Shown piece after piece: positions 49,444 to 61,600 of a stretch of 64,000 nucleotides of DNA. The notes below the pieces were generated by a model. That model saw nothing but the letters and a program-made list of their open reading frames with translations. It was not told the origin of the DNA and did not search any database. The position numbers were made by a program, and so were the translations under genes. The stretch's first letter is position 1; the number at the start of each line of letters is the position of its first letter. The DNA is from Phoronis australis (Eukaryota; Animalia; Phoronida), in assembly GCA_002633005.1 (NCBI GenBank), contig NMRA01000325.1:103290-167289 (forward strand). Direction: 5' to 3'.

Positions 49444-52400
49444 TAGTCCAGTCATCCTAGGGCTCCAGAGGGTACAACCAAGAAAAAATTGCAACAGAAG
49501 GTGTTTTTTGCATAAATGGCGTCTTCAAACATCCTTTGGTGACAGAGAAAGGTCTACCGAATTCGGAATGGCGGAAGTCGGTTTTTCAAGATGGCGGAAA
49601 CTGGCCGCCAAAACCGGTGTTTACTGCTTTCTGGCAACAGCTCGAAATAACACAGTAAAGCTTGTCATTGGTTATATACTTTTCATAACAGGCATACCAA
49701 TCAAAAGATGCCAATTTTTCCTAAAATAAAACCAACATGGCCGACAAAATGGCGGCCGAAACGACAATTTGGTACATGTTGCAAAATTTCTTTTCATAAT
49801 TATTTTGCCCTGAAAATGGCAAAATTTCGATGCGTTTGTAAGTTAGACAATTGAAAATATCTGGACCTTACAGATGGTCACTGATTGCAGAGAAAAACAT
49901 CAAGATGGCTGACAAAATGGCCGCCAACTCACAAATAACTCCAACGCATGTGCATTCTGCAAACTTTGTTTGTAACCTGAAAAGCATTTACACCAAAACA
50001 TTTTACAATCTACAGTTAGGCTTAATGAGTTGATTCTTTATAAAGTTTGTTTTTAGATTAAGGTACTAAGGATTTTTAATCATATTTTAGATTATTTAAC
50101 GTAAAATTGGTGTTTTTCAGAAAAAGCTTTAGTTAAATTTTCATAAGTAATTTCACACACTCAATTATTTTTCTGTAAAATATATTCATTTGAGGCATCA
50201 AAAATAATATTTGTTAGAAGAATGTGTAATTCTGATGGTGTTATTGGCTTATTCAGTACACAAACCCTGAATCACATTGGGCAGAAAGTGGCTTTGCTCT
50301 CTGCTATTGGAGATATTATCAGTTGTTCCCATGCAAAGATTTCGTCTGCTACTGACATGAGTGGAGAATTTGGCAGCTGATTTCACCTGAATTTGATGAA
50401 AAATAAATAAATTTGTGTAACAAAAAGTTAATAATTAAATTTTTAGCATTCAGTACTCAAAATTGGTGTAATATGCATGCTTTTTATGAACATGGGTAAC
50501 TGATTTGTGAGGAAATTAGTGCCAGCAAACCAAACGACAGTGATCTGCAGTCACTTGTTCTTAGCCAGGTTCGGCAGATTTCATACTGAGATGAGCTTTC
50601 TGAGATTTATTGGATACGTAATGTCAGGCAACAAGTTTCAAGTTCTTGACACAGTGTATGCACCCAACAGTGTGATCCATATGTTAAATTGAAAAAGTGT
50701 GGATAGAGCAGGAAGGGGGGATATGTTGGTAGACTCAGCACTGAATGCTACCTTGACAACCAGAGCATTCAACATCCCATTTTCAAATATTCATGTGGAG
50801 AATTTCTCGCTTACGCTGGTCACCGCTCAGATTCCCTTAGCCCCAGACAACTTTTACGATGCCTATTCAGCACGCCCTTTGCATTGATGTAGATCTGAGC
50901 TAATGAAGTGGACAGGTAATAGATAGCATTAACAGTCTCAACAATGGTTGTTGTTAGTACCCCCAATTTGGTTTCTCTGACATTTGCAGAGTTACAGCCT
51001 GCAACTCTGGAGAGTAGTTTTAACTTGGTACATTATAAATATTACAAAATTACTAAAAAGGTTAACTTGTGTTTATCTTCACAAAGGGCCACTTCCCAAA
51101 GGAACGATATGTTTCATATTGGTTTTCGTTATTCAATTTTTAATGCTTCTGCCCACTTGCTTTTTTTTACCGGGAACGGGTTGATAACTTTTTATCCAAG
51201 TTTTAAACTTGAGGTACCAAAACAGTGGTAGATTTTGATTGCTAGCGAAACTTAGTTAAGTTCATTGTGAGCCCATCCCTGAACTTTCCACATTACAGGT
51301 AGGCCTACACTAAACATTTCACTTGTCATTAAAGTATAATCTTTATTAGAATTTAAATCATAAAATATATAAAAAGTGCAAATATGGTGATAACCAGAAC
51401 TGAAGATTTGGAATCTTTGGACAATTTCGGTGGCACTGACTATATAATTATTTTAGCTCTTTGCCAGTAATAAAAAATGAAAAGTGGGCACAAGTTAAGT
51501 ACAACTGTTTCCTGGTCTAAAATCTGATTAAATGAGAATTAAAGAATATTAAAAAATGAATCCATGTGATATTGTTAACTCTGATCAGCGTTTGTATATC
51601 CACCGTGTATATCAATACGCGCGGTAGTTTATCTTCAATCGTACCCAATGGTTGTAGTTTTTAGATTATTAGTTCATCAATTTTTAAAAATCGAGAACCG
51701 TACTTGTTTTTTTTCCCAGCTCAATACCGCCGTGGTATTAGTTTTAACGAAAATTAGTGGTTAATGCATTTTGAAAATTCGCCATTGTATACAATCAAAG
51801 ATGTTTAATACAGTTTATGGTCGGGTAATTACACTTAATTGGGTCTTGCTCGCATCGGGCAACGCGGTCATCGCAACTGTACCTGATTCTGGCGCCGCGC
51901 TCTCTTTGATCCTGGTACAAGCCGCTCAGAAGGACGAGCGGTGAAAATTCTTGCATATCTTTAGAAAGGCGTGACTACCTTGTAAGCGTATTATTCACGG
52001 TATGTGACAGATCAAGTAACGCCAATCCAGAACCAATGACTTCAGTATTTCAAGAAAGAAATCCCGGTTCTTCAGAAATTCCAGGAGTCCCGAATGTCAC
52101 CAACACAGAGCACAGATTCCGTGCCAAGATGTTGAGCAATTCAATGCTTGTACACAAACGTTGGCTCGTCAGAATATATGGAGACAGATTCTTCAGACAA
52201 CCCAAGTGATCACATAACTATAGATGTATACACTGGGAAATGCAATGTACAGGCAGAGTCTTCCGATTCTGAACCTTGGATTACAGTGGAATACACTCAC
52301 CGACGAGAGTTCACTTCTGGCTTCCGACATACTGCCCCTCGTATATTCAAATGGACTGAATGAGAGTATAGGTCTATAGAATTTGCAGTGACAGAATGGT

Positions 52401-55400
52401 TTGTCAGAAGAATCAACGGCCACTGATATACTTTATGATGATTTGAAAGCTGGTCTGAAGCTGTATGATCTTATTACTAGCATGACATTTATGTGCGGCG
52501 ATCGTATACTTGTCGGAGTGTCTTGTAGGAATCCATAAAAAACGAAGCACATAAATCAGGCTTGTCTTTGCAAAGTCGAACCAGCAGCTTCTGGCTACAG
52601 TATATGAAAATGGATGACATCCTTCGACTTTTTCTAAAATCAGAAATAACGTCAGATTGGGAACTTCATCTAAAAGTAGTTTCTAATTTGCTGCCGTAGT
52701 TTGCAGCTGCTGATTACATCTCATATGCAAAATCTGCATACATGTACTTGCAGCAGATGCACCAACTGGCAAAGACACCCATCCAGACGTCTACAGCACC
52801 TTTATTAACGGCCACCATGCCATAACACCAAGTGACAGATTCCGAGCAGGCTTGTTATCTGACCTTGTAATTGAACAAACGCTCATAAAAACCATTTGCT
52901 TGCAGAAAATCAAGACTTTGTGGAAGAAACAGAAGGCTAGTGAATCAGCCACTGATTGGAACTGTCAGCATCTACACACTTCGGGATGTACTTCTTCGGG
53001 GGACGGAGTGCTTATGGGGATGTCCCTTGTGCAGTGATGTCGGTCCTTCACTCAGATGACTCATAAAAACCATTAAATCATCAGGAGATGTAACTAGAAG
53101 TTGCGGGATGGGAGATACGCAGCATGCAATGTAGCGGCTTTCCATGCCGACACGCATGCTCAAGTATAAATAGCGCCCGATGCAGAGTATGACAAACTTG
53201 AGTTGCGAAACAAGTGAGCAGCATAAAGAATGTATCCTGGCAAGACAGTCGCGAGATGACAAAGACATCCTCAGCCTTGCTGAATTCCTCCACAACAGAA
53301 ACCCATTTGAAGTGGAATACAGAACATCACCACTGTTGTGACTGCATACACACGCGTCAATGCCGAAAATGCCAGAGAAGTGGGGAAGGCAATTCTCTTG
53401 TCTATAGAGGGTTCGAGTGTAAAAGACACGGTTGTGGCAATGACAAGTCCACTAGTTCATGTTGCCAATAGTGACTTTACATAAGTGGATCCACAACTGC
53501 TATTTCAGCGATTGCTGACAGCTGCAAAACACAACAGTGAATGTTTATCAAGCATTTTGAAGTTTGAGTTGTGTGTTGGTTCTCCAGCTCTTTTTATGCA
53601 TCTGGTCTTCCCACAGTGGCTGAGCTGGTGCACTCTGATCCAGTGGAGCACGACCTACCTGAAGATTACCAATTTCCAGAAAACACGGTGATGCATGCAA
53701 TCGACAGCGGTTCTCTCCTTCACTGTGCTCTGTGACCTAGTGGTGCAACGTTTCAGTCAGTTGGTAGAGCTTGTGTGTATTACATCAGCAAGTACACACA
53801 GCTTACTGTTAGTTTCATGGTTTTGGAGGTAGCCCATCAACTAAAGATGGCTCCCATGTTCGAAGACTGTGTGGGGTGGTTGAAACTAAAGTTCACTTCA
53901 CTGGTGACATAGTGATCAAGTAAAGGTTCACATTTTTGGCAAACAGCAAAAACAAACAACGATTCATTCACTTCTTCTCGAAATGCTGGTTGCACAGTGG
54001 TACAAGCTCAAGGTGATGCAGATGTTTTAATTGTAGAAACAGCAGTAGATAATGCAGCACAAGGTCCTGCTACCCTCCTTGCAGACGATAGAAACTTGTT
54101 GGTTCTTTTGTGTTACCATGCTACTTCACAGCAATTTCCAATATTCATGATCTGACAAGAGGCACCAAAACGAGAGGAAAGTCTGGGACATTAAGAAACT
54201 ACAGCTGTCTCTTGGTGTCGAAACTTGCGCGCTTTTGCCATTTGCGCATGCAATAGGTGATTTGATGAGATAATACATAGCTCATTGGGCAAGGCTCTCT
54301 CATTCAAGAAACTGCGCGATCAAGAATTCTGCGAAAAGGCTAGAATATTCACTAGACCTGATGCAGCTGAAGAAAGATATATTTGAAGCTGGTAAAAGGT
54401 TTGTGCTTTATGGTGATAGTTCTTCTGGAAATTTGAGTGACTTGCAATGCAGGCGATTTGTGGAAAAGGTGTCATCAAGCGTAGCCCAAGTCCACATATA
54501 GTCATTACCACCAATTGCATCAGCAGGTAAGTTCCTTGCTGCCACTGAGGACAAAAACAAGAGTGGTCAAGTATCAGTGGCAGTGAGCTTGACCCGCTGT
54601 ATTGAAGATGGATGCTGGCAGGTGCCAAAACCCACTCCCATGACGACCAGCAACTATTTGTTATGGGCAGCGAAAAGGTTCAAAATAGGCAACACTGCCA
54701 AATAAACAAGTGGTTTGACAAACAGACAAGTGGTTTGCTAAACAGCCAAGTGATTCGTCAAATAAACAGGTCAAGAATGCTGTGGTTTTCCAAATAGACA
54801 AGACAACTTTGCTGTCAGAATACGAAGCTGTAGCCTTGTAGTCTGTATGCACATTCACAGAGATCACTCAGTTATATTGTTTTGTATAACATATTTCTGG
54901 TGTATTATGCAAACAAACTACAGTTTACACCATTAGTCAATGGTTCAGTCATTGAGGCACAAATTTTGCCCAGTCTCAAGTGTTGTGTGTTATTTTTGTG
55001 GCTACACAATGCTAGAATAACAACCTAGTAACCTTCCGACTTAGTTCGTTTTTCTGCCACTAGATGTCAATTTACATTTTTTAAATTTCACTGTTTACAA
55101 TCAGTCTACAACAGTGAAACATGTAATGTAATGTGAGTGTATTATTGTTCAATACAATGACATTGGTGGGACCATATTAGGCTACTTGTTTTATAAAAAA
55201 GATAGCAAAACTGTTGTTTTTACAAATATAAGTTCAATAATCTCTTCGGTGAATTATTATGTAACTTCAAAATCAAATTTCTCAAAAATGTGCAACTTTA
55301 CATGTGGGAACTTTTTAGATTTAAAAGTAAATGAATTAAAAAAAACACCAAAATAAAATTGCCCCCCTAAAGTAGGCCTACTCACAAAAATCATTTTCTA

Positions 55401-55423
55401 GAAGCCCCACAAATCCTGGCCCA
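49444..55423 (+). mobile_element. Decayed AcademX DNA transposon (transposase + XPG-like nuclease), interrupted at ~50760-52540
   Basis: TAG left end; repeated AAAATGGC/AAGATGGC subterminal motifs 49585-49925; fragments RFGRFHTEMSFL..VYAPNSV (50560-50750), SRTSSFWLQYM..WELHL..YAKSAYMYLQQM..SDLVIEQ, DPQLLFQRL..FELC, PSTKD, FLANSKNKQRFI, QGDADVLIV, DDRNLLVLL, FAHAIG; many stops and frameshifts. Right TIR only ~17/27 match by eye. Confidence 0.8.
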
Positions 55424-55567
55424 CCTTATATTAGTTCTAGGTATCAAATGACTCAATGCAGTCATAATGTGGCCGGCTATCTATGACAATAATATCAGGG
55501 TCATAGACATCTGATCAGGGTCGTCTGAAATGGTCGATTGTCGGCGCTGAATACGAGCGTGAAACCC

Positions 55568-55598
55568 CACACAAGGTGGCGCTAAAACAAAATGGAGA
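55568..55598 (+). promoter_or_regulatory. CTCF-like and YY1-like motifs at the C5orf34 start
   Basis: acacaaggtggcgcta matches 14/16 of CCACCAGGTGGCGCTA; caaaatggag overlaps the ATG. Confidence 0.4.
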
Positions 55599-55601
55599 GC
55601 G
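55592..55601 (+). CDS. C5orf34: C5orf34 putative first coding exon (MES-V)
   Basis: aaaATGGAGAGCG|gtaact; phase 1 joins ttgttacttccag|TC CAG to give MESVQQAVARQLILY. Confidence 0.6.
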
Positions 55602-58600
55602 GTAACTTCAAAATGTTTATCAATACAATTGCTATAAGACGCGATTTACTAGTTAATGCATACATTTTGTAGCTCGCTGTCGGCCACCCTAGTTAATGTT
55701 TCCAGAATTTAGAGCTAGGAATCGCTGAATTATCCTAGATTAGTAGCTTAAACTGACTTGTTTGGAGTTTGTAAACTGTAGATTTTTTGTTTGTCCAGGC
55801 CCAGGCCTGTGGCTGTGGCAGTGTAGAAAACCAGCCGTCGTTGTCAGTTCAAGCTTACCTATCAAAAAACTTACTCCTTTTTGGTATTCTTTGCAATTAA
55901 GTTAAATGCAATTCTATTACTACATTTCGCTCAGAGTCTGAGCTCAATCCACAAGGTTAGGTTGTTTACACTTAACTGTTAACTAAGACTCAGTCATGAA
56001 AACAGTGTATGCCAGGTCACAGACAGTGGAACTATGTTAAACTAAAGTGTGCTGAGAGGATCTGGCTCATCTGTACCGCTAGCTTTGTTTCTTGGTTTAG
56101 TGATGCTTAGTGGTACAATTTTATTTATTCCACTATCAGAGGTCCCAGTATTGAAGGACTCTTTTATACTTCTTTAGTTGGGAAGTCGAATTTGTGCATG
56201 CTAAGTTATGCCTAAGATTTTCTGGAAAGCAGGTGCATGGTTACACTGCAAAGTCTTGTTGTGACAATTTAAAAAATCACTCTGCCCACGTCAATTAAAC
56301 AAAATGTAATAACATTAACTCATGCGTATTAATACAATTCCACGGGAATGTGTTCTTTGTTTTAATATGGGTATGTAGGCATGTCTTTGGCAAATGTGAG
56401 TCGATTTTGACAAATACCATACCATTGTGATCGACATATAAGATAATTCAAAATTAACTATCAAAATTAAATGAGAAAAATGCAACAGTTGAAATAACCG
56501 AATGCTCATACATATTCCACTCACAGACAGGCAGAGAGCTTATTACTGCGTTAAATCAAGTGCGAAGCTGTTAACGTAAACAAAATGCTGCACACTTGTT
56601 AAGTGGCTGTCCACAGTAACCTACCCCAATTTACGAATGCTGGAATTCAGACACTGAGCGGATTGTTAACTTGTAATTTTCCTGGCTACATGTTAAAAGG
56701 ATACCAAACCTGTTCGTTTCGCACCGTAGTAACTGTGTAGTGTAAAATCTAAAGGTTCCTTACTTTGCGTTAATTTAGCACCATGGTCTTGAATACTTCT
56801 GCTTGGTGTGGAGTTGGGATTTCGAGTGCCGCTCCACACACCAGCACATGTATTGACCGACAGAAGGGCGGCTGAATATTCATGTCGCACCCTTATTGGC
56901 CAGCACCGGCATATAATGGGCCAGGATAGTCAACGTCAGCACTCTTCAAGACGAACAACAGTCGTCTTTCTATGCCTACAGGGGCACTTGGCAGAAGGCC
57001 AGCTCAGCAGTGAGACAGGTTGAACACTATGTCACTGCAGTACCATTCCCCTGAACTGTTAAAACCAAGAAATTTCCTACATCACAATCTGATCTAGTAG
57101 GCTATCACGTTCGATTAAACTTGGCAAACAAGCCTATTGTGTTGGTACACAATACTGTGGTAGTAAGCAGGTCAGACAGTCACACAAAGGTATCAGCAGG
57201 TGATTGTTAAGTCTTAATTTCTCTTAAAGTCAACTTTTTTTCTCCGTTCGAAGTTTTTTGGTGTTGTATTTCATACAAAACTCATCTTCATGGGCATTTA
57301 TTGAACGTTGTTTCTAAACATCGGTTAGCGTCAGGCCCATTGTTTACAACATAATTATTGTGAGCTTGTCAGATGGACGCAGACAATGAGAGAGCTGGAC
57401 TATGTAAACATTGGTTTGCCAACTTTCTCCCTTGCTATCGCTGCCAACGACACGGTTGTATCCCGACTAGCTGATCAGTGAAATTGTGATACTCATCCCA
57501 CAGCGTGGGTGCGTAAAATTTGTCTATTCATAACGCTAAATCGCCGTGAGAGACCGTCTGGAGTTGGTATATGGTGCAACTCCGGACGGTCTGGGCTCAA
57601 CAGAAAACCACACTTCAATTGTGAGTCTACACTAATGTGATAAACGAGAATAGTTCTACTTGTAGGGTCAGCTGGAGTTATCATTATCTCTTTTATGACA
57701 CAAACTGTGTGACTGGGCAAAGCCTTTTCAAACTATATTGTGTATTAACCAGGGGAGCGCGAGACCCCTGAGGCCCCTGTCAAGTCCTCACGACAACTCT
57801 ACGTAATGAGCGGATACTAAAAATATCTTTCCTATCCAGTTCCCTGAAACAAAATAATGCTCCGTAACCCTCGTCAACCCTCAAAAGTTTGGAAGAAAAT
57901 TTGAAAACTTTCAAAGTCTGCTAAATGGGCTAGTATGACCTATGCTTATAGCAAATTACACGGCAACTGTAAGAAAAGACCACCCACCAGAAGGACCATA
58001 ATGTCCAATCTGTGGTGTAGGGAATGTGAGTTTTTAGTTGATTCCTGTCTTGACTTGGAAAACTGACGCCAATGATGCATTAGCAAGTGACAGAATGAGG
58101 ATTAGTTGAAATCATCAAAACAGGGTTTAGTATTTTAATGATCATTCATTGCAGCCATGTTTTCTCACAGCCAAGGTCAGTCAGCTGACAAGACAGTAAC
58201 CACCATCTCAAGTGGCAGCAGTAGAGACAGTGGCCATTTCGTAGGTCCTCTGTACTCCAGAAACAGATGTCAAATTATGCCTAATGTTGATTAAACCATC
58301 AAAGTCATGTTGTTGTGAATTAATACCATTTGCATATATAGGAGGGACACCTAGGCTTAGGAGGCCATTGATGTCCTTTTAAAACTCTTTCAAATTTTTG
58401 TTTCGAACAGTCCTTCGTTCAGTTGCCAAAATTGGTAACTGGCTGTTTTTACACTGTTACACCAAGGGATATGGCAACTGAATGAAGGACATTGTTAAAA
58501 AGTTTGATTGTGGAGTGTTTGTTCGAGTTAGAAAGAGCAACTTAAAGACACCAACGGCCTCCTAAAGTGTCCCTCTATGCACAAAAGGTACTTATAGAAC

Positions 58601-61600
58601 ATGGCTTTGATGGTTTAATTAATGTGAGGCATAATTTGCCGAAAAGCTTCTGGCGTATGGAGGGCCAATGGGAGTACCATCGTCGCTACTGTGGCCAGTT
58701 GAGAGGGTGGTACTGTCTATCAGCTGACCTAGTATAACTATATTTAGAACAAAATACTAAAAAGGAGGTAATTGCAGTTTTGGCAGTGTATCTATATCCA
58801 ATCCATCATTATTCATAGGTAACTGTTTCCATACATACATTAGTAATAGTATAGTTATCAATCAAAACGTTAATCAGTTGAGCTTCCCATTAATGGGCAG
58901 TCACTTGTAGTTGTCCGCTTTTGGTGTCTACAGGCAGTGCATTGCCTATTTAGTACCTTATATCACATTACGGTGTTTTCCTGTTGTTCCCAACTTGGTC
59001 GATTCTATAGCCTAACAACAAGTTGGGTAGATCACCCCTGTAGCCAATATTTTACACGACGTATTAACTCCGTTCTGGCATTTATGGTTGGAGGGCAGGC
59101 TCTTTTTTATTCGATGATTGCTCTTATCTTCGATCAGATCGTAGCTAGCCTGACTGGGCTGTGCTGCTAAAAATGAAAGTTAAGTTATAACATATTTGAA
59201 CAATTAAACCAATAACATTAATTTCTGAATTTCTTGTCAAATGCTGATCTTGTTTAGTTTTTGAATCACCTAAATAGCCCAAATACAGCAGAAGTTAAGA
59301 CAATCCATTCTGTCAGGTTTCAGTAGTGTTACTGATTTACGTTAAAAATTTTTATTTTTAACAGCACAGCCCAGTCAGGCTAGATACGATCTTATTGGAG
59401 ATAAGAGCAATTATCGAACAAAAGAGAGCTGACTCCCTAACTATAAATCACAGAATGGAATTATTCAGTCATATAAGATAATGGCTACAGCCCAATTTGT
59501 TGTGACGTACAACCGAACAAGTTGGACTCGACAGGAGAACACCATAATGTGTTCTTAATTATTAAAGCCCCATACAGCGCCATCTTTGAAAACCATTGTT
59601 TTGAGTCATGTTTGTTGTGGAACCCTTTAGGCCTTATCACGTGGTTGTAGTCATAATTGCACAAGGTCAACAAATGGACAAGACAGTTCTTTGATTGTTT
59701 TAAATTCAGCTAGAAGATTTGTCACTGCTAATTCCATTGTGACATTTGGATTTCAGCTTGATCGAATTAGTGCTGCCTGGGTGTTTAATTTCCCTTGTTA
59801 CTTCCAGTCCAGCAAGCTGTAGCTAGGCAACTGATTCTGTATGACAGTGATGCTGTGCAGGCAGATTTCACGGATGGTTCCCGGGTTCTGCTATCCTCGT
59901 GTGGCTCTCAGTTCGTCCATCAGTATTATCACCAGTGTCACGCACTTCAAGGTACTGGTGAGATGATGTTGGTTTGAACATATGCTGATTGCAGAAGTCA
60001 TAAATTTACAACACTTTCCAAAAATAGAGCTCTGTAGTTCAATTTATAGCATGAAGTAGAAAGGATTTTGAAAGGTTAACCCATTTAGTGTTACTGAGCT
60101 GAGACTGAAAAGAAAAGAATTATATTTCACACCAGGCCTTTATCCAGGATTTTGAAAATAGGGTGTCCAAAATGGGGTTCCCAATATTCCAGGGCATCCA
60201 TGATTCCGACGCGTAACTCCCCACCCCCAGCAATCCCCCCAAACACACTGATTTTTTACCAAAAAATGCGTAGACCAAGGTTTTTACAATGCTATCAACC
60301 AAGTGTGAGCATAGCAACATTGGATATACTTTGTATATACATTGTATATTTCTTCATGCTTTGAAAAAGAGCCACCACTATGAGTCTCTATAGGCTTCCT
60401 AGTAATCATTACAATGTGTGTGTCCAAACTTGAAAGCTTCCTATTGATAGTGGGCGTCCAAATGATAGATTGGGCGTCCTTGCCAGGGCGTCCATATTAG
60501 TGCTAGGGTGTCCATTTGGACGCCCAGGATGTAGGCTGCATAAAGGCCTGTTTCACACCCACCTATGTGTAGCTTGTCAGTTTCTTTGGTGTCGGCATTA
60601 CAACTCACTGTGGAGCACATCTCGTAACAATGATGAATTGAATGAACAAGAGATTTTTAATTTACTAAATGATTGCACAACAGCAGAATATAGCTGTGTT
60701 TGCTGAGGTTTTGAGATTAGTAAGGCGTTATCATGAAGGGAAGACAACAGTGGTCTAGACTACACACTGGATTTGAATCCTGTGTTACTGGACGGCTGTG
60801 GGTATTTCATTATGTTTCTGTAAGTTGTATATTCTTGCGCTTGATTTTTGCTATGTCTGTATTGCATGAAAGGAAGTGTATGTGAACGTGTCAAATTACG
60901 TGTAATTTTACTCTTTGTATTACTGATGCATGTGCTGTCTGTCACCAACAACTGCTTTAAAGTATTGATCAGGATTTTCCTCCTTTCTTCATGTTGAACT
61001 CTTTGTTTATTACTGGTTTCAATAGCTGATTGTATTATTTAAAGCAGAGGGTCCCTGTTTTGAGCTCTAGTATGAACTAAAATGTTCAGGTTAAAACACT
61101 TTCACCTCTACGACTATGAAACACAATTGTTTTTTTTTAACTACATGTAATAAGTTGCCGCACTTGTACTCTGTGCTCAATCAGCATATTGATTACAAGG
61201 TTAGGTAGGGCCCTAGAACATTTAGCTAACTTCTGAACATCATATCTCAATGTGGCTGACTGGAATCAAATAAAACTTTCAGATACTATGCTTTATACTT
61301 TGATCTTTAAAATTCTTTTAAGATTTTGTTTTAAATTGTTTACCGGTAATTTTCCATGAGGGTTATTGGAAATAGGACTTTTATAATTTTCATGAAAAAA
61401 TAAGTTGACAAAATAAAAAATAACGGTGTTTTTAGATCTCATCTTGAACATTTACATCAAATAACACTTGATCATGTTATCAACACAGTTGTTTAGCTCC
61501 CAATGTACCTTTCCTTTTTTGCTGAATTTTACTAAAAAAACATGTTCACATGACCCAGTTAATGACAGATTGGTAAAAAGTAACAGAAAATCAAATTCTT

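Noticed and set aside
57224-57915. Third Kolobok/THAP remnant (TTAA-AG start, NHTSIVSLH-like segment)
   Set aside because: TIR match and peptide similarity too weak to support by eye.
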